Below are positions 27,395-37,762 of a stretch of 64,000 bases of DNA, one piece after another. The notes under the pieces were generated by a model, which saw only the letters and a list, made by a program, of their open reading frames with translations, was not told where the DNA came from and did not search any database. Made by a program: the position numbers and the translations under genes. The stretch's first letter is position 1, and each line of letters begins with the position of its first letter. This stretch comes from Candidatus Dojkabacteria bacterium (GTDB lineage: Bacteria > Patescibacteriota > Dojkabacteria > SC72 > JAHDCA01): contig CP129478.1 of assembly GCA_030583845.1 (NCBI GenBank), forward strand, positions 779,686-843,685, read 5' to 3'.

Positions 27395-28084
27395 TTACTT
27401 TGAAGCAGCTTTTCTTTCCAATAGTCGGGAATAGATCACCAATGCTCCAACCGCTGCTGCACAGCCAAGATAGTCTAGCAACAGGTCGTTAATCGTATCG
27501 TGAAGTCCCTGCACCATATCTGTCCCGATGTAAACATCCGAGTAATACTCATAGATCTCAAACAGCACTGCCATTTGAAATATAAGCAACGCACCAAGCA
27601 AAATGCTTCCAAAGGCCATCCCTTTCTGCCCATCGTTTTGAGAAATAAACAACCCAACAGCAAAAGATGCCATAAATGGGATAATAAAATGCATATAGCC
27701 GTCGTAGTAAATACCAACAAATGTTTTGGTGTAAAGATTAAGTGCATTGCCTCCCCCATCGAGTAAAGCAATTGCAAGTAGTGCAAATAGCAAGATAAGG
27801 TGTCTCAGAGAGTCTCTCTTTCTTCGTATCACATAAACAAAATAGATTGAGAGAGTTGCGAATAGTATCAGATACCGCACTGAAAGTCTGGAGTGAATCC
27901 CAAGTAGATCGATCCCTCGTTGCACCTCTACCGATTGGGTCGCCAAACCAGCTGCAGCAACAAATACTGCTAGTATTGTAAGGACAACCCACATAACGAC
28001 AACGAGTTTTAGGATGATATCCGTCTTCCCCACCTGTATCTTGCGTATGATGTAGATGCTTGATTTTACACCTATATTGCACAA
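27395..28084 (-). CDS. Polytopic membrane protein (5-6 TM; VanZ-like is a guess)
   Basis: It is a hydrophobic multi-helix protein and I recognise no catalytic motif. Confidence 0.35.
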   Translation of the reverse strand: MCNIGVKSSIYIIRKIQVGKTDIILKLVVVMWVVLTILAVFVAAAGLATQSVEVQRGIDLLGIHSRLSVRYLILFATLSIYFVYVIRRKRDSLRHLILLFALLAIALLDGGGNALNLYTKTFVGIYYDGYMHFIIPFMASFAVGLFISQNDGQKGMAFGSILLGALLIFQMAVLFEIYEYYSDVYIGTDMVQGLHDTINDLLLDYLGCAAAVGALVIYSRLLERKAASK

Positions 28085-28303
28085 ATGTACTACAGGAAAC
28101 GACTTATAAAGTATATCGGGGAAATTTGGAGAATAAAAAGTGTAGTCAGATCAAGTATCAGGGTTCACTCGGTAGAGGGATTACTCCCAGAGCCGAGTAC
28201 CAGCGAAACGCACCCCATGTTAACTCGCTGATTTTTCGAAGATCTGACTACACCCTTACTATATCTAATCACGAGATATAAGCAAGCTTGTCTAGCTGCT
28301 GGC

Positions 28304-30986
28304 TTAACCTTTTCTTAACCTCTTAGGCGAGTAGTTGTACAGCAAATCCCTCCAGCCCTGTACTGCGGCATAAAATACAGGGAAGGCGAAGAGTATTAGT
28401 GCCATGCTAGAAAGCAGCCCAAATATGATTGTAAATGCAAGTGGCTCCCAGAATGGCTCCGTAAGTGCTAGCGGTACTAAGCCACACACCGTCGTTAAAG
28501 TTGTGGTCAGTATAGGTCGAGTTCGAAGCCGTACAGCCTCAGAGATTGCTTCGGTTATGTCTTTGCCCTCTCGCCTGCGCGCATTTGCGTATTCAATCAA
28601 CATGATTGTGTTATTCACTACAATACCGATCAATCCTGTGAGACCGATCACTACAAAGAAGCTCATCGGGTTACCAGTTAAGTACAACCCCAAGAATAGT
28701 CCAGGGAAGCAGAAAGGTATTGCCAAAAGGATCAGCAGCGGCTGTGAAAAGGAATTGAACTGAAGCACTAGCAAGCCATACATTACTATTAGCGCAATTA
28801 TTCCTGCCAATGCCACGGATGCGAACGACTCGGCATTATCACTCTCCTGTCCAGAATCAAATCCAACGGTGACCCCTGGGTACCTACTGTTCAGAAGATT
28901 TTGATCAAATTCCGCTTCGATTGCATTTTGCAACTCAATAATTGTCGCGCTGTCACTACCATCACTGAACTTAACCCTGATGGTTGCGTACCTGTCGCCA
29001 TTTTTACGGCTCACTTCTAGCAGGGATTCACTCTTTACATCTGCAACTTCAACATCGTTATCCAGCTTAACGGTTGGTATATATCGTGCGATGTCATCCG
29101 TGGCATTCTCAAGCATCGTCTGATCTTCAGAATAAATCTGCATAGCAAAAGGGAACTGTGTTTCAGGTGGACCTGCTGATACGACCGCTGTGTTAATAAT
29201 AGCACCATCAAAATCCTCGGTAGCGACATTTAATTCCTTTGCAATCTGTGTAGAGGTTATTTCTCTCTCAGTAATGCCGTTCAGGTGAACCATTAATTGG
29301 GCACTCCTGCTGTTTCCAACGAGATATGTTACCTCCTCAATCTCCTCCCGGCTCTTCTGCAGTAGAATATTTTCAACCTGAATGCTAAGTTTTCTAGCGC
29401 TCTCAATAGCTGTTGGTTGGTCAAATGATATAGAGACAGTAATCTCTTCAGAATCCTTAGCAGGTGCAAAGTATGAGAACCCGATTAAGCTGGAGAAGTA
29501 TATGCCCACTCCAATTAAAACAATAGACATCACAATGGCAAATAGTTTGTAGAGCCTATTTCTTAGCGCAAATTTGACATACGACTCGAGTATCTCCCCA
29601 AAGCGGAGAATCTTGCTAGGAACATATTCAAATACCCTCTCGAAGATTGATCTGTTATCCGCATTACCGTTGCGATCCTTCAAGAAATGCTTCGATATGA
29701 ATGGCAGGATAGTTAAAGCAATTAGCAGCGAAAGTAGCAGTGAAATGATAACTGTAATTGGTAAGATCTTGATAAACTCTCCAAGTACCCCTTCGATAAA
29801 TACAAGCGGCACAAATACAAGCACTGTAGTTAATGTCCCTGAGATATCCGCGACTCCAATGTCCCCGATTGCCTTTCTTACGGCCTCTACTCCTTTATGG
29901 CCTTTCCTCTTATAGTAATCGATAGCTTCAACTACTACAGTCCCATCATCTACAAATAGGCCAAGCACAAGCACAAGCGAGAATAGTGAAATTGTATTGA
30001 GGGAAAGACCAAAAAGTGTGAATGTAAGGAATACCGCCCCAAGCGTCATCGGTATGAAAAGTGCGAGTATGAGTGCCGATCGTAGATCTATGAATAGCAG
30101 TAGAATAATAAAGATTGTCACTATTGCGGCCACAGCATTTTCCTCTAAGGATGAGATCTGTGTCTCGAGCTGCTCTGCAGGATCAGATGTGTATGAGACA
30201 TCAATATCTTTGAGCGCCTCGCTTTCGAGTGCCTTCTCCACGCTGCCTCCTCACGGATTCGGAGAAATCAAGAGTGCCGATGTCTTGGTTTTTCTTCATT
30301 ATTCCGATAACTATTGTGTCAAACGCCCGTTTTTCAAATGCCCGACTACCATTACCTTCTACAGTAATGAGTCTTGAGAACGAGTTTTGCACGACAACCT
30401 CTCTGTTCTGGCCGAAATCGTAGGTCTCTACAAACTGCTCTTTCACATTTGCGTGTTGCACCATGTCGTTTCTCTCGATTTCTGTTGCAAGTAACTCACC
30501 TCTTTCCTGAAGCTCTTCCAATCCAAGCTCATCTGAATATATTGAGATCAAGATGTCATTTTCACCATCAACAAGCCCAGGCTCTGGGATTGATATCTGT
30601 GACTCGTTGGGCAAATTTAGCGACTCCACGCGCTCTGCCACAAGCTCTTCAACTTTGTATGGATCCGAATTATCTTGATCTAGCGTGATGACCACAGTTG
30701 AAACATTTGCACTAGAGCTACTGTTAATCTCTTCTACCTCCTCTAGCTCAAGCACTGTATCGTAGATTGGGATTGTAATGTCGGCTTCAGTCTTGGCTGG
30801 GTCGCCTGATAGATATGGTGTAACAACGACAATGTACGGTATGTTAATTACCGGAAAGCCCTCTTTTTTCAAAGTATTGGTGTAGGTGTAGAAACCCATT
30901 GCCAGGAGGGAGAGGGTGATAAGTATGGTAAACCTGCTTCTATTGACAAAGAAGAGGCTTACTTTTGTAATAATATTGTCTTTCAT
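28304..30986 (-). pseudogene. RND (AcrB/HAE-type) efflux transporter split by one frameshift near 30235 (ORFs 30201..30986 and 28304..30241)
   Basis: The N-terminal ORF has the RND start (TM1, then PVINIPYIVVVTPYLSGDPAKTEADITIPIYDTV). The downstream ORF continues with ...LFIPMTLGAVF...GLSLNTISLFSLVLVLGLFVDDGTVVVEAI and the C-terminal TM bundle. The two ORFs overlap in different frames. Confidence 0.7.
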
Positions 30987-31252
30987 CTGTTTTATATAGA
31001 ATTAAGATAGCCGTTATACAGTACGAGTAACCTGGGGATTATACTATTTAACTCGATGAGAGGCACGTGGTTGCAGGTAGGCGATTTGAGTGACTTTAAG
31101 GCTTTATTAATGTATGATCGTTAAGTACTTCATTAAATTTTAACGAGGGCGTGTAATGATAAGAAAAATGCGTAACTCGCTAGATGAAGTCTCCTTTGGC
31201 GACCTCGCCTAGCAAATTTCCCAAACAACAATAATTTCATTAAGTAGATCTC

Positions 31253-32302
31253 GTGGATTACGAAGACTCATATGTAAGTCGTCGCGATAAGAAGCGCGAC
31301 AGAAAAATTCGCAATAACTCATTAGGCAAAAACCTCAACCTGACAGGTGTAATCAGCAACGACAAAATCGACTCGATGTGGGAGTCGGTGAGACCATCTG
31401 CAACCGAAGCAATAGAGGGAGTGGTGGTCGAGTCAAGAAATGATTTTGTTACCGTAATGGTTGGTGATAAACCTGTTCAGGCAAAATATGACCACTCTCT
31501 CCCCGCCGTATTGAGGCAATCGCTAATAGTTGGTGACGAGGTGATGCTATCAGATAGCTCGAGTGAGCCAAATGTGGCATACCGCAAGCGTCGCCGATCC
31601 TTTATCGCCCGCAAGAAGATAGACTCAACACGCAAGAATACTGAAGCAAAAGAGATTCAGGTATGGGCTGCAAATATAGATATCGCCGTGATAGTTGTGG
31701 CAGCAGCTAACCCAGCATTTCATCCAAATATGGTCGATAGATATCTTCTAATGGCTGAGTTTGGTGGGGTTAAGCCAATTATCTGCTACAACAAAGTCGA
31801 TCTGGTCGAGGTAATCTCGCCCGACCTCCCCTACTACTCAGATAAGCTTGGCGTTGAGATCGTACACACCTCTGCAGAAAAAGGTTTAGGTATAGATGAA
31901 TTAAAGGGTGTCTTAAAGGGCAGCAGATCGATATTTGTGGGGCCAAGCGGTGTGGGTAAAAGCTCTCTAGTTAATGCGCTTCGAGGCAGTACTGACCTGA
32001 AGACACAGGAGGTGGGTAATAAAACTTTGAGAGGAAGACATACAACCACCGACACGAAGATGTATAAGTTCGATAAGGATTCATGGGTGATCGATAGTCC
32101 AGGAATTCGTTCTTTGGATGTGTCGTTTATCAGTCGAGAGGATGCTAGGTTCTATTTCGAAGATCTGCTAGTGCTGGCAGTTGGTTGTGCATATTCCGAT
32201 TGTCTTCACCTGGATGAGCCTGATTGTGCTGTCAGAGCGGCAGTGAGGGCTGGTGAGCTCGATGAGCGTCGGTACGAGAGTTATGCGAGGCTGGTTGAGT
32301 AG
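31253..32302 (+). CDS. rsgA: Ribosome small-subunit-dependent GTPase RsgA/YjeQ
   Basis: The circularly permuted G domain is present: CYNKVDLV as G4, then GPSGVGKSSLVNAL as G1 and DSPG as G3. The C-terminal Zn finger CAYSDCLHLDEPDCAV is also present. Confidence 0.8.
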   Translation: MDYEDSYVSRRDKKRDRKIRNNSLGKNLNLTGVISNDKIDSMWESVRPSATEAIEGVVVESRNDFVTVMVGDKPVQAKYDHSLPAVLRQSLIVGDEVMLSDSSSEPNVAYRKRRRSFIARKKIDSTRKNTEAKEIQVWAANIDIAVIVVAAANPAFHPNMVDRYLLMAEFGGVKPIICYNKVDLVEVISPDLPYYSDKLGVEIVHTSAEKGLGIDELKGVLKGSRSIFVGPSGVGKSSLVNALRGSTDLKTQEVGNKTLRGRHTTTDTKMYKFDKDSWVIDSPGIRSLDVSFISREDARFYFEDLLVLAVGCAYSDCLHLDEPDCAVRAAVRAGELDERRYESYARLVE

Positions 32303-32369
32303 GTTGCTCTTTCGAGACAGGTATATGTTTGGTATTGTGAAGAGAGTAACTATCTCGCACTATACTAGT

Positions 32370-33035
32370 ATGAAATATCTGGTCATATCAGACACACATC
32401 TAACGCACAGGTTCTATCCCGATAAATATGAGAAACTCCGAATTATTATTCAAGCCGCAGACAGGGTGATTATCAATGGCGACTTCTGGGATGGCTATTT
32501 TACGACCTTCGACAAGTTCTTAAAGTCAGAATGGAAAACACTTTTTCCACTTCTCAAAGAGAAGAAGGCAGTATATATCACTGGAAACCATGATGACACC
32601 CAGCTTTATCAGTTCAAGGATAATTGTGGATTATTTGCTGATCTTGTAGCCGAAAATTTTAAATTCAAGTCAGGAGACAAGCAGTTTTATGTCGAGCATG
32701 GGCATAGGATATTGCCAGAGATGAGTCGTAGATTTATGCCGCTTAGGAAGTCTCGCTTATTTTTAATGATATGGAACCTACCATTTAATATTGGTGAGTA
32801 TATAAGCCTCAAGCTTTTCCGTACGCCAGCACCAGTTAGCGATATAAATCAGAAGCTATTTGAGCACTTTGGGAAAGACCGAAAAGGGAATCACTACACA
32901 ATAGTGAGCCATTCACATAAGCAGGAATTTAATGAAAAGGCTGGCGTAATCAACACCGGATACTTTAGGTGGGGATTGGCACAATACTTAACTGTTGAAG
33001 ATGAAAAAGTAGTTTTGCACTCGGAAAATTACTAA
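32370..33035 (+). CDS. Calcineurin-like metallophosphoesterase
   Basis: ISDTHL, GDFWDG, GNHD and EHGH are present. The start is chosen at MKYLVISDTHL; the ORF is open from 32253 and overlaps rsgA. Confidence 0.65.
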   Translation: MKYLVISDTHLTHRFYPDKYEKLRIIIQAADRVIINGDFWDGYFTTFDKFLKSEWKTLFPLLKEKKAVYITGNHDDTQLYQFKDNCGLFADLVAENFKFKSGDKQFYVEHGHRILPEMSRRFMPLRKSRLFLMIWNLPFNIGEYISLKLFRTPAPVSDINQKLFEHFGKDRKGNHYTIVSHSHKQEFNEKAGVINTGYFRWGLAQYLTVEDEKVVLHSENY

Positions 33036-34303
33036 TTTCTGGAGCGCTTCGCCTTCTTATAGGCTTTTACACCCAGATAGAGACCGAGAGTCCCTGCTAT
33101 AAAGGCTGCTGCGAAGACTTTGCTCGTAGCAGATGAATTGCTATTTGGAGCGTCCTCCAGATGCCTGCTGTAAGCATCAACGGTTTGGTTTATCACAGTA
33201 TCATAATCAAACATATTTGCTAGCTCTTTCGCATTTTTACACCTCTGGCTATATTCCTCTAGGTTACTGTGCATTTCTACAACTGCTTCAGCAAAATGCT
33301 CGGGAGTTGTCTCTGCCGGAAGAAGCTTACCGTTGCTATCATTTATAAGCTCTCTTGAGGTCTGATTTTCGATCGCTACGACAGGCTTACCAGCTGCTAA
33401 AGCCTCGATAATCGATAATGACTGAACCTCCGCTTTTGATGCAAAGACAAAGTAGTGTGCTTTCTCGAGCTGCTTCGGGATCTCCTCATATGGCAACTTA
33501 CCAAGCAGGTGGACATTATCAAGCTTATGCTTCTTTATGTAATTTTTTACAGAATTGCCGTACGCAATGTCTACATCAACACCTCCTGCTATGTAGAGGT
33601 GGTAGTTTGACGGCAGGTGCGCCATGCTTTCTACGAGAAAGTGTGTTCTCTTTCGCTTTGAGATGCTGCCTGTGTATAGTAGCCTGACCTCATCTTCCTC
33701 AGGGTCTGGCTGCTCTAAATCTCTAAACAGTTCTAGAGAGAGTCCATTTGGGATTATGTACGACTCACCCTTGTAGCCAAATCTCTTCAAGTCGTCGTGG
33801 CTTTCATCATTTAAAGTAATTATTATGGAGCATGAGTTATAGAAAGACTTAATGTAATCCTTAAAAAGCCCTGAGTCTGTAAATTTCTTAGCTACTGACT
33901 TGGTCGAATCGTTCTCTGTCCACTCAGCCGCCTTCGATGGAAGTATATGTGTAGTATAGAAAAATGGAGTGCCATGCTTAATCGCCCAGTCCTGTAAAAT
34001 CTGCCCCAACCAGATAATTGTGTGAGAATGTGCGATATCAGGATCAAACCTTGTTATATATCTTTTAAGCTTTCTAATCTCTCCGATATCAAGCTTCGGC
34101 GTGTAGATATTGCCGTTGCTTACGCTTCTGACGCCATACTTGGTAAGATTTCCTTCCTTCTCAATCAATGTGTCGTCATGTTGCGATGGGTGCAGGATAA
34201 GCACTTCATGATCTTTGGCCATCCTTCTGGCCATATCAAATGCTACTTTAGTCTCCCCGCCTCCTATATTCTCAGGTCTTGAAGCCGCGTAAACAATCTT
34301 CAT
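33032..34303 (-). CDS. Family-4 glycosyltransferase (GT-B) with a C-terminal TM anchor
   Basis: The EALAAGKPVVAIENQTSRELINDSNGKL block matches the family, and a hydrophobic C-terminus AAAFIAGTLGLYLGVKAYKKAKR follows. Confidence 0.7.
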   Translation of the reverse strand: MKIVYAASRPENIGGGETKVAFDMARRMAKDHEVLILHPSQHDDTLIEKEGNLTKYGVRSVSNGNIYTPKLDIGEIRKLKRYITRFDPDIAHSHTIIWLGQILQDWAIKHGTPFFYTTHILPSKAAEWTENDSTKSVAKKFTDSGLFKDYIKSFYNSCSIIITLNDESHDDLKRFGYKGESYIIPNGLSLELFRDLEQPDPEEDEVRLLYTGSISKRKRTHFLVESMAHLPSNYHLYIAGGVDVDIAYGNSVKNYIKKHKLDNVHLLGKLPYEEIPKQLEKAHYFVFASKAEVQSLSIIEALAAGKPVVAIENQTSRELINDSNGKLLPAETTPEHFAEAVVEMHSNLEEYSQRCKNAKELANMFDYDTVINQTVDAYSRHLEDAPNSNSSATSKVFAAAFIAGTLGLYLGVKAYKKAKRSRN

Positions 34304-34378
34304 ATTTTGCTTTATATAAGTACGAAAATATACGCTGAAATGATACTTGTTGCTAGTTTAAAGATCAATAGCATAGCA

Positions 34379-34430
34379 GTCAGCCCTGTGTAGGCCGTCC
34401 CGGGTCAGGGACGGCCTACACAGGGCTGAC
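34379..34430. repeat. Perfect 23-bp GC-rich hairpin in a divergent intergenic region
   Basis: GTCAGCCCTGTGTAGGCCGTCCC-gggtca-GGGACGGCCTACACAGGGCTGAC lies between the GT4 gene start and the response-regulator gene start. Confidence 0.7.
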
Positions 34431-34523
34431 CTCGATCGATTAATACCACCTTAATTGGTGGTAACATACAATAGTTCCTGAATTCGAAAGTCACTATCTA
34501 AATTCTTTTGTTTCATTCAAGCG

Positions 34524-35189
34524 ATGAAAGTACTTCTTGTTGAAGATAACGTGATGCTGTCCAAAAATATCCGAACCTACCTCGAGCTCGACAATCTGAC
34601 TGTGGATACCGCATTTGACGGGGAAGAAGGCGAGAAGAAAATTTTAGAGGAAGAATATGAGTGCATAATTTTGGACCTAAACCTCCCCAAGAAAGATGGT
34701 GTAGATGTGTGTAAGAGCGTCAGAGAGAGAGGCGTAAAGAAGCCGATCATTATGCTCACCGCGAGGACCGATAAAGATGCTGTACTTAAGGGATTGGATA
34801 CAGGTGCAGACGACTACATCAAGAAGCCGTTCGATATGGATGAGCTGATCGCCAGGATAAATTCAGTCGTAAGACGAAGCAAAGATTCACCAAGCCCGGT
34901 CATCAAATTCAAAGATATTACGATCGATTCCAACAAGAAACAGGTGAAGAAGGGTGATGATGTAGTGGATCTGGCTCCGAAAGAGTTTGCACTGCTAGAG
35001 TTCCTCGCAGTAAATATGGATAAAGCGATGGATCGAAGCGAGATTATTGAAAGTGTGTGGGGAGAATTTGAAGAGCTAATGTTCTCACAAACAGTGGATG
35101 TGCACGTGGCATACATCCGAAAGAAGCTTGGCAAAGAGGTAATAAAAACTGTTCCAGGCGGGTATATGGTAGAGTCGGACGCTAGCTAA
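34524..35189 (+). CDS. OmpR-family response regulator
   Basis: The receiver domain has LLVEDN...D...LDLNLP..DG and MLTAR..D. A winged-helix domain is at the C-terminus. Confidence 0.85.
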   Translation: MKVLLVEDNVMLSKNIRTYLELDNLTVDTAFDGEEGEKKILEEEYECIILDLNLPKKDGVDVCKSVRERGVKKPIIMLTARTDKDAVLKGLDTGADDYIKKPFDMDELIARINSVVRRSKDSPSPVIKFKDITIDSNKKQVKKGDDVVDLAPKEFALLEFLAVNMDKAMDRSEIIESVWGEFEELMFSQTVDVHVAYIRKKLGKEVIKTVPGGYMVESDAS

Positions 35190-35288
35190 CAAGTTCCGCT
35201 TTCCTTTTACGCGGAGATGCTATGGGCTATAACCTCGTGCATGCGAAATTATTATTGAATCTTAAGTGCGCGAGCGATAAAATAGTCT

Positions 35289-36155
35289 ATGTTTAAGCGT
35301 TTAAAGTATAACCTCATTATTGTTTTTACAGTCGTTGTGCTGTTTATACAGTTCATTACCGGCTTTGTGCTGATAATGTTCGAGGTGTATCTTGCCGATC
35401 TCACTTTTGACCAGTATATCCATAAGCTTGGATTCCTACTTTCTGAGGTATCGGTAACAACAATCGTCATATTGATGGTGGGCTATGTTTTCGTACAGGA
35501 AAATTTCAAGCCGGCCGAGGATATGGTGGCCAGGCTTAATCAATTTACCCAAGATGCCTCGCACGAGCTAAGGACACCACTGAGCAACGCGAACATAGCA
35601 CTGGACCTCGCTCTCAGATCCAAGAAGTATGAAGAGTATATTCGTGAGGCTAAGATGAGTGTTCGTGATGCAAACAATATTGTCGATAAGCTGCTGGCCT
35701 TGGCGAAGCTAGATAAGATGTCGCTGGACCGGAACAAATTTATGGCTTCTGAGAGTGTGATGCAGGTGATGGATATGTTCAACGAGCAGATTGCTGACAA
35801 GGGAATAAAAGCAGATGTGAAGCTGGATGAGAAGAAGGAGTTGGTCGGAGATTCTGGATTATTCAAGATTCTTGTCGCAAATCTGGTCGACAATGCAATT
35901 AAATACAATCTCCAAAATGGTGAGCTCAAAGTTAAGCTGACGAGTAAGAAGCTTTCAGTCGCTAATACTGGTAAAGAGATAAATGCTGTAGAGATGGGCA
36001 AGATATTCGATCGCTTTTATCAGACCGACGAGTCTCGATCAGATAAGGGATACGGGATTGGTTTGGCTGTTGTAAAGAAGATTGCTGACCTGCACAAATG
36101 GGAAATTCAGGTTGAAAGCAAAGATGGATTAACCACTTTCATTCTGGAGTTTTAA
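35289..36155 (+). CDS. Sensor histidine kinase (short, 2 TM)
   Basis: The H-box is QDASHELRTPLS and the G-box is GYGIGLAVVKKIADLH. It lies downstream of the response regulator gene. Confidence 0.8.
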   Translation: MFKRLKYNLIIVFTVVVLFIQFITGFVLIMFEVYLADLTFDQYIHKLGFLLSEVSVTTIVILMVGYVFVQENFKPAEDMVARLNQFTQDASHELRTPLSNANIALDLALRSKKYEEYIREAKMSVRDANNIVDKLLALAKLDKMSLDRNKFMASESVMQVMDMFNEQIADKGIKADVKLDEKKELVGDSGLFKILVANLVDNAIKYNLQNGELKVKLTSKKLSVANTGKEINAVEMGKIFDRFYQTDESRSDKGYGIGLAVVKKIADLHKWEIQVESKDGLTTFILEF

Positions 36156-36350
36156 TGATAATTTCATTAACATTAGGTGAAATTGTAGTAGTAGAGGATC
36201 TCTATTATGGGGAGATGTTACACCTATTGGCGCTGGAATACCTCAATTAGCACCTCTAAAAAAGCTTTTAAGTATAATGTAAACCTTAACCGCACCTTAA
36301 AGGGTAACGGACTACACTGATAATATAATTAAATTGTCAGGGAGGGCTAA

Positions 36351-36443
36351 ATGTTCAAAAGAACATTTCTCCGCGTTAGACGAGTAGAGATCTCTCGCTC
36401 TAATGTGAAGGCAATTAAGCACAAACCGAGGGATGCGCCTTGA
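36351..36443 (+). CDS. Candidate 30-aa basic small protein (MFKRTFLRVRRVEISRSNVKAIKHKPRDAP)
   Basis: A strong Shine-Dalgarno AGGGAGGG lies 4 nt upstream of the ATG and a terminator lies ~70 nt downstream. There is no recognisable homology; it is not L34. Confidence 0.25.
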   Translation: MFKRTFLRVRRVEISRSNVKAIKHKPRDAP

Positions 36444-36516
36444 GTTTTGTACGGATGGTAATCCTACGTGGGGATCTATCCGCAAAACTTAATAGCTATT
36501 TCTAAGGAAAATATGA

Positions 36517-36549
36517 AGACCGGCTTACAGAGTCGGTCTTTTTTTTATC
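36517..36549 (+). terminator. Rho-independent terminator
   Basis: GACCGGCTTACAGAGTCGGTC is followed by TTTTTTTT. Confidence 0.65.
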
Positions 36550-36551
36550 GA

Positions 36552-36662
36552 CCCCGCTAACCTATAGAGCATTGGTAAGGTTAAAATCTTAAGACAATTT
36601 AACACCTGTAATAAAAAACGTTGTACCTGCGCAAGCTTTATTATCATTATAGGTTAGCGGGG
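36552..36662. repeat. Inverted-repeat element, family CCCCGCTAACCTATAG (copy a)
   Basis: 15-bp terminal inverted repeats CCCCGCTAACCTATA...TATAGGTTAGCGGGG enclose ~80 nt. The right arm creates the spurious GTG start of the trxB ORF. Confidence 0.65.
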
Positions 36663-36712
36663 TGATCGAGCCAGGTGGTATACTGGTCATGAATAAATTT
36701 CGCCATATCGAT

Positions 36713-37645
36713 ATGTCAGATCAAAAAGTTCATGAATTAATAATTATCGGCTCAGGCCCAGCTGGACTAACAGCAGCAATTTATGCCGCACGTGCTGACC
36801 TTAAGCCGCTGCTTATTGCAGGCATCAAATTTGGTGGCCAGTTGATGGATACAACATTGGTGGAAAACTATCCTGGCTTTATTGATGGTGTAATGGGACC
36901 AGAGTTAATGAACAGCATGATGAAGCAGGCCGAGCGATTTGGCACAGAGGTTGTCTATAAGAACGCGGATAAGGTCGATTTCACAGGTGATGTTAAAAAA
37001 GTATATGTTGAAGACACCGAGTATCAGGCCAAGAGTGTCATACTCGCTATGGGCTCCTCGCCACGAAGGCTAAATATACCGGGAGAGCAGGAGTTCTATG
37101 GTCGTGGTGTATCTACCTGCGCAACCTGCGATGCAGCCTTTTATCGTGATAAAATCGTCGCAGTAGTTGGTGGCGGTGACAGCGCAATGGAAGAAAGCAC
37201 ATTCCTCACAAAATTTGCCAGTAAAGTTTATGTAATCCATCGCCGTGACGAGTTCAGAGCCTCAAAAGCGATGCAAAATAGGCTTTTTGAAAACAAGAAG
37301 ATAGAGGTGATCTGGAATGCAGAAGTCACTGAAGTAGTAGGGAGTGAAGTAGTTACTTCTTTAAAATTGCAAGACAACAACGGAAATTCACTCGACGATA
37401 TCACAGTTGATGGCATGTTCTTGGCTATAGGCCATATCCCAAATACTCAGATATTGGAGGGCCAAATTGAATTAGATGAGCAGGGATTTATAATTGTAAA
37501 AGATGGCCGCACCAAGACTTCAAACGAGGGTGTGTTTGTTGCCGGTGATATTAAGGATCATGTTTATCAGCAGGCTGTAACAGCTGCGGGTATGGGCTGC
37601 ATGGCTGCGATGGATGTAGAGAAGTGGCTTGAGAGCAAGAAATAG
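36713..37645 (+). CDS. trxB: Thioredoxin reductase
   Basis: The FAD site is IIIGSGPAGLTAAIYAARA, the redox site is CATCDAAFY and the NADPH site is VVGGGDSAMEE. The start is taken at MSDQKVHELIIIGSGPAG. Confidence 0.85.
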   Translation: MSDQKVHELIIIGSGPAGLTAAIYAARADLKPLLIAGIKFGGQLMDTTLVENYPGFIDGVMGPELMNSMMKQAERFGTEVVYKNADKVDFTGDVKKVYVEDTEYQAKSVILAMGSSPRRLNIPGEQEFYGRGVSTCATCDAAFYRDKIVAVVGGGDSAMEESTFLTKFASKVYVIHRRDEFRASKAMQNRLFENKKIEVIWNAEVTEVVGSEVVTSLKLQDNNGNSLDDITVDGMFLAIGHIPNTQILEGQIELDEQGFIIVKDGRTKTSNEGVFVAGDIKDHVYQQAVTAAGMGCMAAMDVEKWLESKK

Positions 37646-37762
37646 CCTCTCTCTCGTCAGACTTTACACGAAAGCGTAAAGCGCCTACAAACCTTTTCAC
37701 ACATGTTGGATTCTGCCCTACTATCAAGATATAATCCAATAATTACTTGAGACTACACAATA

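Noticed and set aside
36351-36443. Ribosomal protein L34 (rpmH)
   Set aside because: It starts like L34 (M.KRTF) but lacks the invariant ...HGFR.RM... core and is R/V-rich instead, so it was kept only as an unassigned small ORF.
36662-36712. GTG start of the trxB ORF at 36662
   Set aside because: That codon lies inside the right arm of the inverted-repeat element. The canonical N-terminus MSDQKVHELIIIGSGPAG begins at the ATG at 36713.
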